Of a DNA stretch of 64,000 bases, positions 1-10,400 are shown piece after piece. Within the stretch, counting starts at the first letter, position 1, and each line of letters starts with the position of its first letter. The DNA lies in NCBI GenBank assembly GCA_001783695.1, contig MFNE01000046.1, forward strand, positions 30,143 through 94,142, in the 5' to 3' direction. A model generated the notes under the pieces. The model was not told the DNA's origin. It ran no database searches and was given only the letters and a program-made list of their open reading frames with translations. This DNA is from Candidatus Lambdaproteobacteria bacterium RIFOXYD2_FULL_50_16. Its GTDB lineage: Bacteria; SAR324; XYD2-FULL-50-16. The translations under genes were made by a program, and so were the position numbers.

Positions 1-546
1 ACAGCGGATATGTTCCTTTTCGATATACCCTAATTTCTCCAACTGGTGGGCCTGCTGCTCATTCGGTTCCAGTTTTAACATTCCCTGGTAGAGGTCGATT
101 CGTTGCCGCCCTTGTTCGTCGTGGCTTTTGACCTCCACCCCCAGGGCCGAGGCCCGGACTCGAAGATTGAGATCGTTGGTCACCAAGGTGACGGGTCGGC
201 CTAGACGTTTCTGAATCGCCGCCGTCGCCAATAGCACCCGGTTCGAGCCTTTAAGTGGGTTGAGTCCCCCTTGGGGTTTAAGGCCTTCTTCCAGATCAAC
301 TAACAATACCGACCCGTTTTCCAAGGTGACCCCTTGGGTCAGACTGCCCTCTAAGCGGATTTTGTCCAGATATTGCGCCAACACACGGGCGTTGCGGCCT
401 CGTTCGTTGTATTCCTTTTTAAACTGGTCCATCTCGTCTAAAACCGAGAGGGGCAAGATCAGCTTTGCGCCTGGATAATCAAAGAGCGCGTCTGGGTCTC
501 CCAAAAGGACGTTGGTGTCGAGTACAAAGATTGATTGTTGATTCAT
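1..546 (-). CDS. PIN-domain protein, N-terminal part (PhoH2/YlaK-like); C-terminus lies beyond the window start
   Basis: Minus-strand translation from the ATG at 546..544 gives MNQQSIFVLDTNVLLGDPDALFDYPGAKLILPLSVLDEMD...VTLVTNDLNLRVRASALG. The acidic residues and overall layout fit a PIN domain of the PhoH-like ATPase family. The ORF track omits it because the ORF runs off the window. Confidence 0.6.
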   Translation of the reverse strand, partial: MNQQSIFVLDTNVLLGDPDALFDYPGAKLILPLSVLDEMDQFKKEYNERGRNARVLAQYLDKIRLEGSLTQGVTLENGSVLLVDLEEGLKPQGGLNPLKGSNRVLLATAAIQKRLGRPVTLVTNDLNLRVRASALGVEVKSHDEQGRQRIDLYQGMLKLEPNEQQAHQLEKLGYIEKEHIRC

Positions 547-645
547 ATGCACACTTAACGGGCCTGGACAGATTTGAGGCAGGGTGGAATGATTCTGGCT
601 TAGGTCACAGCATAGGACCGCGCAAACTTTTCGACAAGGACCGGC

Positions 646-1548
646 ATGAAAGAATTTCGTCAAGCGGCCACATTAACCGCCATTAAAACGCCCTATTTGG
701 CGGACGGAAAGTTTGATTTAGCCGCTTACGACCGATTGGTGGAGCGGCAGATCGAGGGTGGCATTGATGGACTGATAGTCGGGGGCACCACTGGCGAAGG
801 CCATTTAATGGGATGGGATGAGCATATTATGCTAATCGCTCATACGGTCCACCGCTTTGGTAATCGGCTTTTAGTGGTGGGCAACACGGGCAGCAACAAC
901 ACCCGCGAGGCGGTTAAAGCGACCAGCCAAGGATTTGCGGTGGGTATGGACGCAGCCCTCCAGATCAATCCCTACTATGGCAAAACCTCGCTCTCTGGAT
1001 TAAGAAATCATTTCGGAAAGGTGCTAGAGCTAGGCCCTGCCGTGATTTACAACGTGCCAGGACGTACTGGGCAAGACCTAAATCCAGAATTGATCAAGGA
1101 ACTGGCTAACCATCCCAATCTACTGGGTATCAAAGAATGCGCCGGGACCGAGCGGATAGCGCAATATGAGAAGCTTGGGATTTCTTGTTGGTCAGGTAAC
1201 GACGACCAAGCCTTTACCGATCGGCACCAAGCTAAAAGCCATGGGGTGATTTCGGTAGCCAGTAATCTGCTGCCTAAGACGATGAAGCGTTTAATGACAA
1301 AGCCAGATGAGGCGCTTAATCAGCGGCTCCAGCCCTTTTTTAGCTGGCTGTTTTGCGAACCCAACCCGATTGCGCTGAACACGGCGACGGCGATGTTAGG
1401 GATGGCGGCTCCGGTCTTTAGGCTGCCCTATGTCCCTCTAAGCCTAGCCCAACGGCAGCAAGGCCTGTCTATCATGCGAGAGCTTAGTGACTTGGGCGAA
1501 TTGGGCGAGGCGCGGCTTTTGGCAGACCGGGATTTTACCTGTTTATAG
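646..1548 (+). CDS. dapA: 4-hydroxy-tetrahydrodipicolinate synthase (DapA)
   Basis: 300 aa. Contains GGTTGEGHLM and YNVPGRTG motifs and the DapA/NAL aldolase family pattern throughout. Confidence 0.88.
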   Translation: MKEFRQAATLTAIKTPYLADGKFDLAAYDRLVERQIEGGIDGLIVGGTTGEGHLMGWDEHIMLIAHTVHRFGNRLLVVGNTGSNNTREAVKATSQGFAVGMDAALQINPYYGKTSLSGLRNHFGKVLELGPAVIYNVPGRTGQDLNPELIKELANHPNLLGIKECAGTERIAQYEKLGISCWSGNDDQAFTDRHQAKSHGVISVASNLLPKTMKRLMTKPDEALNQRLQPFFSWLFCEPNPIALNTATAMLGMAAPVFRLPYVPLSLAQRQQGLSIMRELSDLGELGEARLLADRDFTCL

Positions 1549-1549
1549 A

Positions 1550-1954
1550 CTAACTTTGGGCGTGATAACCCATCTCTTGCATCAGCTCAGAAAGTTTGCG
1601 TTGTTGGATGGGTTTGACCAAGTAATACTCAGCCCCAGCCGAAAAGGCGCTCATTACATTGTGAGCGTCACCCAAGGCGGTCACCATCACGACCTTGGCC
1701 CCCTCTCCCTTATTAAGCCCGCGGACGGTCTCAGATTTTCGCAGCGCAGCCAGACAGTCGTGGCCGTTCATCTGGGGCATCATAATATCTAAAAAGATCA
1801 CCTCGTAAGGCTCCCCTTTGTCCCATGCCAGATTAAACTGGTTAAGTCCAATCTGCCCGTCTTCGGCTAACTCAATAGCCCCAAAGGGTTTAACCAAGGC
1901 AAGGAGCAACTTGCGGTTGATCTCGTCGTCATCAACAATCAATATTTTCATCAA
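1550..1954 (-). CDS. Single-domain response regulator (CheY-like receiver)
   Basis: 134 aa. KILIVDDDE...VIFLDIMMPQMNGHD...KP receiver signature. Last gene of the minus-strand Che-like operon. Confidence 0.85.
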   Translation of the reverse strand: MMKILIVDDDEINRKLLLALVKPFGAIELAEDGQIGLNQFNLAWDKGEPYEVIFLDIMMPQMNGHDCLAALRKSETVRGLNKGEGAKVVMVTALGDAHNVMSAFSAGAEYYLVKPIQQRKLSELMQEMGYHAQS

Positions 1955-2002
1955 ACCCTTTGGGATGCATGCATGAACAACAGGTTGAGTGTAACAAAGA
2001 TT

Positions 2003-4636
2003 TTATTTTAAATCTACTGATTCAAAAATCATCCGACAACTTGAACCAAAAAACTCAACTTCTTTGGCGATGTTTTCCATTAGTTGAATACCCCGACCTT
2101 GGATCCGTAAGGGGCCTTCTTTTTCTATGCGTTTTTTTTCTACAGACAGATCAAAGCCCGGGCCCTGATCCGAGACTAAAAGATTTAGGCGGTTATTTTC
2201 GACCCATGCATCCACCCAAACCGGGAGATGTTCCGCATTTTTGTTGCCATGTTCGACCGCGTTCATCAGGGCTTCCTTGATTGCTACCGAGGTCATGGGC
2301 CAATCGAAATTAAGAGCCGAATTTTGATCCAAGTACGCCTTGATTTGTGCAACCTCAATCTGGGTTTGGTCCAGATTGCAGGGCATGAGGTGATGGTAGC
2401 CTTTCCTTGCTTCTAAGGGTTTGGCCTTAAATACCGCCAAGGTTAAATCGTCTTTGATCTCCATCGAGCGGGTCACAAAGTCCACGATCCCCTCTAACAT
2501 TTCTACTGGGCTATCCCCTTTAAGGCTTAATTGGCCAATCAAGTCGTTGGGCACCGCCTCTAAAACCCCGTCGGTCGCCAAAATCAAGGAACTGCCCGGC
2601 TCCAGGTCGATCTTGCCTTGGTCAAACATTTCTAATTCAGGAAACATCCCTATTGGAATCCCACGCCAATTCAGGGACTGGCGGGTGCCATCTGGTTTGA
2701 TTAAAAGCCCGTCAGGAATACCCGAGTTGGCCCAATGCAAGACCCTGGTCAAGGGATCCCAAAGGAGCACTAGAGCGCAAATGTAGCGTTTGTCCTCCTC
2801 AAACTGCGGGGTTTCAAAGAGTTTGTTGAGATAAACCAATAAATCAAACGGATGCGAGTGGGACCGCCAGACCCCTTTGACTAACCCAGCAAACCAACTG
2901 GCTGTGTAACCAGATTTAACATCATGTCCCGAGACATCGGCCAGGATTAATCCGTAACGCCCGTGTAGGCTAAAATGCTGGCTTAAAACTAGGTCGCCGC
3001 CAATCTTGCGAATCGACTTTTGCCAAACTGCCAACTGGTCGCCAGAGGCAGCCATTGAATCCTCAACGCTGACCTGACTTTTTAAAGAGCGCAGACTGTT
3101 AAAGTCATCAATCATCTCCTCGAAATTTCGTTGCTGTTGTAATTGTTTGCTGTGATGCTCAACAACCTCTGCAATTTTTTGTCGGTCAAAGGGATAGGCG
3201 ATATAACGCTCAAAACGCGCAAGCCAAATCTCTTCGGCACCACAAAGGGTGCCTATAAGGGTTAGTGCTTGGGTGGGATATTGGTCCCTTATCAAATAGG
3301 TCAGCCGCCAATCGGTCTCCAGGTCGATCAAAATCAAATTAAACTGACTTTTTTCCACCGCTTCGAGCAAGACTTTCTCCCCCTCTAAAAACTGGCAGCT
3401 TAAATCTAATTCGTTAATGATCTTTTCTAAGAGAAAACGGTAAACCTGATTTTGGGTGTAAATACCCAAAGAAAAGGTTTTGGTGGAGGCTTGCTTGGGT
3501 TCCGACTCAGTTTGGGTCAGTTCGCCGACCAATTGGAACAAATTGATCACGTCGATTGGTTTGGGGAGGTAGTTATCGCAACCTGCCGCTAAACACAACT
3601 CTCTATCACCTCGCATTGCTAAGGCAGTCAGAGCCAAAATCGGGGTGCGTGTTTGTTGGTTTTCTTCTTCAAATTGCCTAATTCTTCGGGTCGCTTCGAA
3701 GCCGTCCATGATGGGCATGTTTATGTCCATCACCACCAGATCAAAGGAATCCTCCTTAAAACGCTCGACCGCCGCCTGTCCATCACAAGCCTCTACACAA
3801 TTTGCATTGAGCCGTTTTAACATCTGCTTCAATAAGAGTCGGTTGTGAGGCAGGTCTTCGACAATTAAAACTTTGATTCCCTCGGTGCTTCCGATAACAG
3901 GTTGCTGCAAAGGGGTAAAAAAATTGGCCTTGGTTAATTCAGCGAGGGCCATTGATAACCGGCCTAGGAGGCCTGGATATAGATCTAGAAGTTCCTTATA
4001 TTCCCGGTCATCCACTTGCATTCGGCGCCGTTTGAGCCCAAAAAACCGATCAACCCAATCCTCTAGTTCATGGGCTCCCAGGTGGCCTGCTTGTTGGCCA
4101 AAGGTCTCCCAAGGCCTTAATCCACCCTCAGGCGACTTTAGTAATTGAGAACCAAGGATTACCAATTGGGTTAACAATTCTTGGTAAAAAACTCGGTCCT
4201 TTTGGGCGTAACCCAGTCCCTTGTTGAGGTTTAAAACCTCGGGACGAAAGCCTTCGGGTCTGGGCTTGCGAAAGGTACGGGTGCGGTGCTGCTTGAAGAA
4301 ACGCTCAAGTGCCAAGAGTCGAAGTTTTAAGATATCTTGGCATTTAACCACCTCATCTAAACCAGCTTTGAATAACTGGGGAGGGGTCTGGCTGGGGCTA
4401 GTCTCTATATAGAGTAGGTAGAGATAATATGGGAATTGGCGAAGCCGGAGAATACAGTTTTCAATCTCTGGTCCAACCACGCCCTTGATTAAGACAAGTT
4501 CTAGGTCAGGGTTGGACCCGGCCCAGTCTAAAAGAGTATCGCCGTCTTCAAAAAGCTCAACCTCGAAGCCCCAATCTGCCAGTTTGGCGGGGACCTCTGC
4601 TAGGTCGTTTTTTTTGGCTAAGAGCGCTAGCTTCAT
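2003..4636 (-). CDS. Multidomain partner-switching regulator: pseudo-receiver / HPt-like region, REC, PP2C (SpoIIE/RsbU-type) phosphatase, and C-terminal HATPase_c (RsbW/SpoIIAB-like serine kinase)
   Basis: 877 aa. Central KVLIVEDLPHNRLL...DLVVMDINMPIMDGFE...LPKP is a REC domain. ILADVSGHDVKSG...ILATDGVLEA is a PP2C phosphatase. The C-terminal EALMNAVEHGNK...LLVSDQGPGFD...GRGIQLM is a GHKL ATPase. Confidence 0.8.
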   Translation of the reverse strand: MKLALLAKKNDLAEVPAKLADWGFEVELFEDGDTLLDWAGSNPDLELVLIKGVVGPEIENCILRLRQFPYYLYLLYIETSPSQTPPQLFKAGLDEVVKCQDILKLRLLALERFFKQHRTRTFRKPRPEGFRPEVLNLNKGLGYAQKDRVFYQELLTQLVILGSQLLKSPEGGLRPWETFGQQAGHLGAHELEDWVDRFFGLKRRRMQVDDREYKELLDLYPGLLGRLSMALAELTKANFFTPLQQPVIGSTEGIKVLIVEDLPHNRLLLKQMLKRLNANCVEACDGQAAVERFKEDSFDLVVMDINMPIMDGFEATRRIRQFEEENQQTRTPILALTALAMRGDRELCLAAGCDNYLPKPIDVINLFQLVGELTQTESEPKQASTKTFSLGIYTQNQVYRFLLEKIINELDLSCQFLEGEKVLLEAVEKSQFNLILIDLETDWRLTYLIRDQYPTQALTLIGTLCGAEEIWLARFERYIAYPFDRQKIAEVVEHHSKQLQQQRNFEEMIDDFNSLRSLKSQVSVEDSMAASGDQLAVWQKSIRKIGGDLVLSQHFSLHGRYGLILADVSGHDVKSGYTASWFAGLVKGVWRSHSHPFDLLVYLNKLFETPQFEEDKRYICALVLLWDPLTRVLHWANSGIPDGLLIKPDGTRQSLNWRGIPIGMFPELEMFDQGKIDLEPGSSLILATDGVLEAVPNDLIGQLSLKGDSPVEMLEGIVDFVTRSMEIKDDLTLAVFKAKPLEARKGYHHLMPCNLDQTQIEVAQIKAYLDQNSALNFDWPMTSVAIKEALMNAVEHGNKNAEHLPVWVDAWVENNRLNLLVSDQGPGFDLSVEKKRIEKEGPLRIQGRGIQLMENIAKEVEFFGSSCRMIFESVDLK

Positions 4637-4644
4637 CGGCTAGT

Positions 4645-5019
4645 TTAAGAAAGGTCCAATTTTAAAACCTGGACCACCCGGGCTAAAAGGTCTTCGTGGG
4701 TGAACGGTTTGGTCAGATAGTGCCGTATCCCGGCGCGAATGGCTTTTAACATCGAGTCCTTTCGGTCCTCGGCAGTTAACATAATTACTGGGATGTTAGT
4801 ATATTGCGGATTGTCTCGTAAGCTTAAAAATAGATCGAAACCATCCATGCCGGGCATATGCCAGTCGAGGATTAACAGGTCCACCGAGGTTACCTTAAGC
4901 ACCGCCATGGCCTCTTCGGCATTTCCGGCTTCTAAGATATTAAACTGTAAAATGTTCAAGGCTTCGTGAACGATTCGCCTTAAAGACGAGCTATCATCAA
5001 TGATCAAGATGGTTTTCAT
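4645..5019 (-). CDS. cheY: CheY-like response regulator
   Basis: 124 aa. ILIIDDSSSLRR...LLILDWHMPGMDGFD...LTKP receiver motifs. Confidence 0.85.
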   Translation of the reverse strand: MKTILIIDDSSSLRRIVHEALNILQFNILEAGNAEEAMAVLKVTSVDLLILDWHMPGMDGFDLFLSLRDNPQYTNIPVIMLTAEDRKDSMLKAIRAGIRHYLTKPFTHEDLLARVVQVLKLDLS

Positions 5020-5020
5020 A

Positions 5021-5869
5021 TTATCCCTTTTTGATCACTTCGTAATACAAGCCATTACCATGCGAACGGTTGGCAAAGGGCGCGTTTAATGAAAACAAAG
5101 ATTCAGTGGCCCCTAAAAGCATAATCCCGCCAGGGCAAAGCTGTTTGGCGATTTTTTCAAAAAGTTGTTCTTTGAAATCTTTAGCGAAATAAATGGCCAC
5201 ATTTCGGCAAAACACCAAGTCAAAGATACCTAAGGGAGAAAAATTGTCCATTAAGTTAAAATGTTTAAACTCAACTCTATCACGAATTGACTGTTTAAGT
5301 TGAAAGGTTCCGCCTTGGGATTCAAAAAAACGGTCCCTGCGCTCTTGGGAAAGTCCGCGGCTGATAGTAAAGCTGTCGTAGCGGGCGGCGCGGCCTAAAA
5401 AGATGGCTGCTGTCGAAATATCGGTGCCGAGGATTTCAAATCGTTCTGCTAGCGAGGGTACGGCCAGTTTCTCACATTCTTCTTGGATCAACATGGCCAA
5501 ACTGTAACCCTCTTGCCCTGTTGAACTGGCAGCAGACCAGACCCTGATTTTAGGTTGCCCAGCTTCAAGTTGTTTAAAAAACTTGGGCAATAATACCTCG
5601 CGCAAGGTGTTCCAGCAGGAATCGTCGCGAAACCAAAGGGTTTCGTTGGTGGTCATCAGGTCCACAACTCTTGGCAGGAGTTCAGGCTCAGCAATAATCG
5701 CTCGGTGAAACTCGCTAAAGTCAGCGGCCCCAATCTCTATGGCCAATTCAGTCAAGCGGGTCTCGACAAGGTAGTCTTGGTCCGGCTTAAGCTCGATCCC
5801 GCAAACACTGACCAGGAGGTCCCGTATCTTTAAAAATTCTTTTTGTGATAAGGGTTTAATAGCGTTCAT
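5021..5869 (-). CDS. cheR: Chemotaxis protein methyltransferase CheR
   Basis: 282 aa. ETLWFRD and RVWSAASSTGQEGYSLAMLI SAM-MTase motifs typical of CheR. Confidence 0.9.
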   Translation of the reverse strand: MNAIKPLSQKEFLKIRDLLVSVCGIELKPDQDYLVETRLTELAIEIGAADFSEFHRAIIAEPELLPRVVDLMTTNETLWFRDDSCWNTLREVLLPKFFKQLEAGQPKIRVWSAASSTGQEGYSLAMLIQEECEKLAVPSLAERFEILGTDISTAAIFLGRAARYDSFTISRGLSQERRDRFFESQGGTFQLKQSIRDRVEFKHFNLMDNFSPLGIFDLVFCRNVAIYFAKDFKEQLFEKIAKQLCPGGIMLLGATESLFSLNAPFANRSHGNGLYYEVIKKG

Positions 5870-5876
5870 GAACCCT

Positions 5877-6944
5877 TTAGCGGTATTGATTGGCCAGCTG
5901 GACCAGACGATCCCCTATTTTCTCTAAAGGCAAGACCTCGTCGGCAATCCCCGCTTCGCTAACACTGCCAGGCATACCCCAAACCACAGAGGTCGCTTGA
6001 TCTTGGATCAAACAATAGGTACCTCGTTGTTTTAGCAATTTGACCCCTTCGGTGCCATCTCGACCCATTCCCGTCATCACTACTGAAAGCGCATGGACCC
6101 CGTCCAGGCCAGCTACGGATTCAAATAAAACGTCAACCGCAGGTTTGCAGTGATTAACCGGGGGGCCATCGTTTAAGGCGATGCGAAATCCGCCAGCCGC
6201 CTTGTTTATCGTCATATGTATCCCGCCAGGAGCAATATACACCTCGCCTGGGTGCAATCGGTCCCCCTCTTGGGCTTCTTTAATGGACATCGGGCTGATT
6301 TGATCCAACCGTTCTGCCAAGCTAGCGGTAAACATAGGGGGCATATGTTGAACAATCAAAACCGGGCAAGGAAATTTGCTTTTGATCGAGCCAAACAGGG
6401 CGTTTAAGGCGTTAGGGCCTCCTGTGGATATGCCAATCAGAATTAAATCAATTGCCCTACCCACCCCTTTATCAGGGCTTAGGACGGGTTTGAGAGGGGC
6501 CGTTACTCTGAGTGTTTCTTTGGTTTCGCCATAAACCATCTCCCGCACTAGATCCACCAGGGGAGTCAGCGCTTCAACCAATTGTTTGAGGCTTTCTTCC
6601 ATCGCCCCGCCTTGGGGCTTAGCCACAAAGGTGAGCGCTCCTGCCGCCAGCGAATCCAGGGTCGCTTGGGCCATTTCTTTATCAATCCCCGAGACCATTA
6701 CTACATGGATATTCGGGAAATCCTGTTTAATCAGCCGCAATGTTTGGATCCCGTCCAGATCGGGCATCATCACATCTAAGAAAATCAGGTCTGGCTTGGT
6801 CGAAGGGATTTTCATTAAGGCAGCTCGGCCCGAGGCGGCGCTTGTGACCAACTCGGTACCTGGGACCATCTCCACAACCTTAGACATGATCTGGCGATAG
6901 GTAATGGTGTCGTCAACCACCATAATTTTGACGTTACTGGCCAT
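5877..6944 (-). CDS. cheB: Protein-glutamate methylesterase CheB (REC + methylesterase)
   Basis: 355 aa. N-terminal receiver (VVDDTITYRQ...LDVMMPDLDG). C-terminal methylesterase with GISTGGP and VQHMPP motifs. Confidence 0.9.
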   Translation of the reverse strand: MASNVKIMVVDDTITYRQIMSKVVEMVPGTELVTSAASGRAALMKIPSTKPDLIFLDVMMPDLDGIQTLRLIKQDFPNIHVVMVSGIDKEMAQATLDSLAAGALTFVAKPQGGAMEESLKQLVEALTPLVDLVREMVYGETKETLRVTAPLKPVLSPDKGVGRAIDLILIGISTGGPNALNALFGSIKSKFPCPVLIVQHMPPMFTASLAERLDQISPMSIKEAQEGDRLHPGEVYIAPGGIHMTINKAAGGFRIALNDGPPVNHCKPAVDVLFESVAGLDGVHALSVVMTGMGRDGTEGVKLLKQRGTYCLIQDQATSVVWGMPGSVSEAGIADEVLPLEKIGDRLVQLANQYR

Positions 6945-6963
6945 GATCTAAATTAATAATAGG

Positions 6964-7461
6964 TTAATGAACGCTGTCGTCAGATGGAATACACATCTTA
7001 GCAAGATTGCTCATCTCTAAAACAATGATCAGCTTTTTGCCCTGCTGAATAATCCCAGAGACAAAATCCTTTTTGTTAATCGAGAGATTGGGTGGAGCCG
7101 GTCGTATGTCTTCGGGTTCGATCTCGATTACATCGCCAATTCGGTCAATCACAATGGCCAAGGTGTCTTTGGACATATGGACCTCGCCGATCAGGTCATT
7201 TTTGTATAGGTCTTCTAACTCACCCTGGTTTTTTAAAATAATCAACCGCCGGTCTGCGGGGTCAGCTGAAGATTTTTGATTTAAAAAGACCCCAGGGTCC
7301 ATAACCGTGACCACCTGCCCTCGCAAGTTCATCAGCCCCAAAATAAATTCTGGCGACATGGGAACATCTGTGATCTCCTGGATCTTACCGATCTCTTTGG
7401 TATAGAGAATATCGACACCAAAAATTTCGTCACCAATATGAAACGTGGCCACCTGTGGCAT
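6964..7461 (-). CDS. cheW: Chemotaxis coupling protein CheW
   Basis: 165 aa. FGVDILYTKEI...LMNLRGQVVTVMD CheW-like domain. Confidence 0.9.
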   Translation of the reverse strand: MPQVATFHIGDEIFGVDILYTKEIGKIQEITDVPMSPEFILGLMNLRGQVVTVMDPGVFLNQKSSADPADRRLIILKNQGELEDLYKNDLIGEVHMSKDTLAIVIDRIGDVIEIEPEDIRPAPPNLSINKKDFVSGIIQQGKKLIIVLEMSNLAKMCIPSDDSVH

Positions 7462-7473
7462 TGTGCCTCCCTA

Positions 7474-10400
7474 TCATTGGATAAATCGATTAACAGTCTG
7501 GAGCATTTTTTCTTTGTCCAGCTTGATCATCCATTCGTTAAACCCTGCCTTTTTGCCTTCGGCAATCAGTTTTTCGTCGTCTAAGCTGGTTAAGGCGATA
7601 ACCGGTAGGTCATTGTATTTAGGATCGGCTCTAAGCGCGCGGATAACGTCAAACCCGTCCATCACCGGCATCTCAATATCGCATAGGACCACATCGTAGT
7701 CACCCCGCTCAATCGCTTCTAGGCCGACCTTGCCGTTTTCCTCGACATCCACCACGAAGCCCACGCTGGTCAAATATTCGCGGACGATGGTTTGGAAAAG
7801 AGGGGTGTCTTCGATCACTAAAATTTTGGAGGTTTTGGTCTGGTCCTCCCTAAAGTGGACCCGGTGAAGTGCATCGGGCTCGCCCTGTTCTAGGATCGAG
7901 TAGAGGTCTAAAATTAAAGTGATTTTTCCATCGATCAGGGTGCTACCTAAGATCCCTGGCCCATGAATGGCCCCTTCGGCAATGTCGATCAACATGGTTT
8001 TGGTATCCACCACTTGGTTGATCATAATACCCACCGGCATATGTGTTTCCTTGGGGATAATAATGTTGGCCTTTTCGCCGCGATTTGCGGGTTTTTGTAC
8101 GGTCAGATAATCAGAAAGATGCAAAATCCTCATCTGCTCGCCCCGGTATTCGAGGTAATCCTTGCCACCAACCACTTGAATTCGCTTAAGGTCAATCTCG
8201 TCCACTCGTTGAATCAAGGGGATGGTAATGGCGAACTGTTCGTCGGTGCCATTGTCGAAAATCAAAAGCGACTGCGCTTCTTCGACCGACTTCTTGACTA
8301 ACTCTAAGGACTTGTTCCGGCTTTTTCCCTCGGTTAGACTCAATTGGTTTTTTTGGACAAAACCCAAGGTGTCAATAATCATGGCCACCGTACCATCACC
8401 TAAAATCGTTGCGCCTGAGAAAAAGCTCAAATGTTTGAGGTATTCAGGCATGGGCTTAACCACAATCTCTTCGGAGCCCACAATAGCGTCAACTACCACC
8501 CCAACCTTGTTGATCCCAACCGAAATAATCAATACGCGCACCGCTTCTTTGCGTTTGGTCTCGGCGCCCTCAACACTGGTATTGTAATAAATCGACTGGT
8601 CCTCTTCGGTTTCTAAATGGCTACGACCTTGGCGAACGACTTTGCGGTTGTTGAGTTTTCGCAAATAAGCTCGGTAAGCCTTGTGCCCGACCGATTCCTC
8701 GATACCCAACCCTTCGGCCAAGGATATCAAGGGGAGCAAATCCCCCCGAAGTTTAAGAACTTCACGGTCTTGCACATAACCCAACATTTCTTGGTAATCT
8801 TCAGGTTTAAGCATAACCAATTCTTCTAGGTTCACTTGGGGAATCGCAAACCTTTGGCCTTCGGACTGGACAATCAAACAGCTAACAATTGCCATGGTCA
8901 AAGGCAGGGTCAGCTTGATCGTAGTGCCTTGACCCACAACTGAATCAAGGCGCACAGAGCCACCGATTTGCTCGATGTTGCTGCGTACCACGTCCATCCC
9001 TACTCCTCGGCCTGACACACTCGAAACCGTGGTCGCAGTCGAGAACCCTGGCAAAAAAATCAGGTTGGCCTTTTCTCGCTCTGAAAGCGCGGCCAGTTCC
9101 TCTTCGGTCATCAGTCCTTTTTTGTGGACTGCGGCCGCGATTTTGTCAGGGTCAATCCCGCCGCCATCGTCTTTGATCTCAATAATCACTTGGCCCGACT
9201 CGTGGTAGGCCTTGAGCAGCAACTTGCCTTGAGGGGGTTTGCCCGCTTTTTTGCGTACCGCCGGCAGCTCGATCCCGTGGTCGGCGGTGTTGCGGATCAT
9301 GTGGGTCAAGGGGTCTGAAAGGGCCTCTAGTACGGTTTTATCCAATTCAACTTCGTCCCCTTCGGTGACCAAATTAATGTCTTTACCTAGGCTTCGACCT
9401 AGTTCGCGTACTAAGCGGGGGAACTTGCCGAAAACGGTTTGTACCGCTTGCATCCGGGTGTTAAGAATCTCTTCTTGCAACTCGGTAGTAACCATGTTCA
9501 GGCTTTGCAAAATGGTCATCAACCCAGGAGTCCGCTTCGCTTCCTTTTCTCCGGTTTGCAAGAGTTGGTTACGGACTAAAACCAATTCGCCAGCTAAATC
9601 GACCAGTTTGTTTAATTTAGCCACCCCAACCCGGATCGACTCGTCGCCTTTGAGTTTTTTATTGTCCATCCCCTTGGCCGAAGCCACCGCTGGGGGCCCC
9701 GCCTTGAGGGTGGGTAGGCTGGCAGAGGCCGCTTCTTCCTGCTCTTCGTCGGGTTCTGGATCAGGTTCGGGTTCGGGCGCAGCAACAGGAGCCGCTTTGG
9801 GAGTCGGCTTCGCGGCGGCAGGTTTGGTTGCGGGTTTTGCCGGACCAGCAGGTAAATTGATGGCTAACTTGCCATCAGCGATTTCTTCGGGTTTGAGATA
9901 ACGGATTTGTGATTCGGTAATCGCTAACCCTTCAGCGGCAATCGCCGGCTCCATGATCGAAGCAAATACAAAAATAAAACGCAGATCCTCATCTGCTTCG
10001 CCTTCGCCTAAAGCCTCGGCATCGTCCACGTCCAGATAGGAATCTACAAAGCGTCCTAACTCTTCTAAATCGCAGATAAATTGATAAGGGGTCTTGCCTT
10101 TGGACATGATGTCCTGGTTGAGGAAGACACTCACCACATAGAGGTTCATCCCGTTTTGTTGAGCCAGTTCGATCTCATTTTTGGGGATCAAAAACTCTGT
10201 TTTTTTAACGGACTCTGCCGCAGGCTCAGCCGGTTCGGCAGCAGCAACAGCTTCAGGCTTTGGGGCTGGCGGTTTAGCGGGTGCAGCGGCTTTGGATGTT
10301 GCGGGCTTAGGGGGCTCGGGCGCAGCTTGATTGCCTGAAACTTCAAGCAAAGATTCGATTAATTGTTTTTCTTGGGTGCAATCGACCTTGTTGGAGTTTT

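Noticed and set aside
260-686. Two short plus-strand ORFs at the window start
   Set aside because: They are antisense to the PIN-domain gene (1-546, minus strand) and the dapA leader. Their composition is not protein-like.
9239-9901. 220-aa plus-strand ORF inside cheA
   Set aside because: It is antisense to the CheA Ala/Pro-rich linker, giving a low-complexity Ser/Ala/Gly translation typical of a GC-rich antisense frame.
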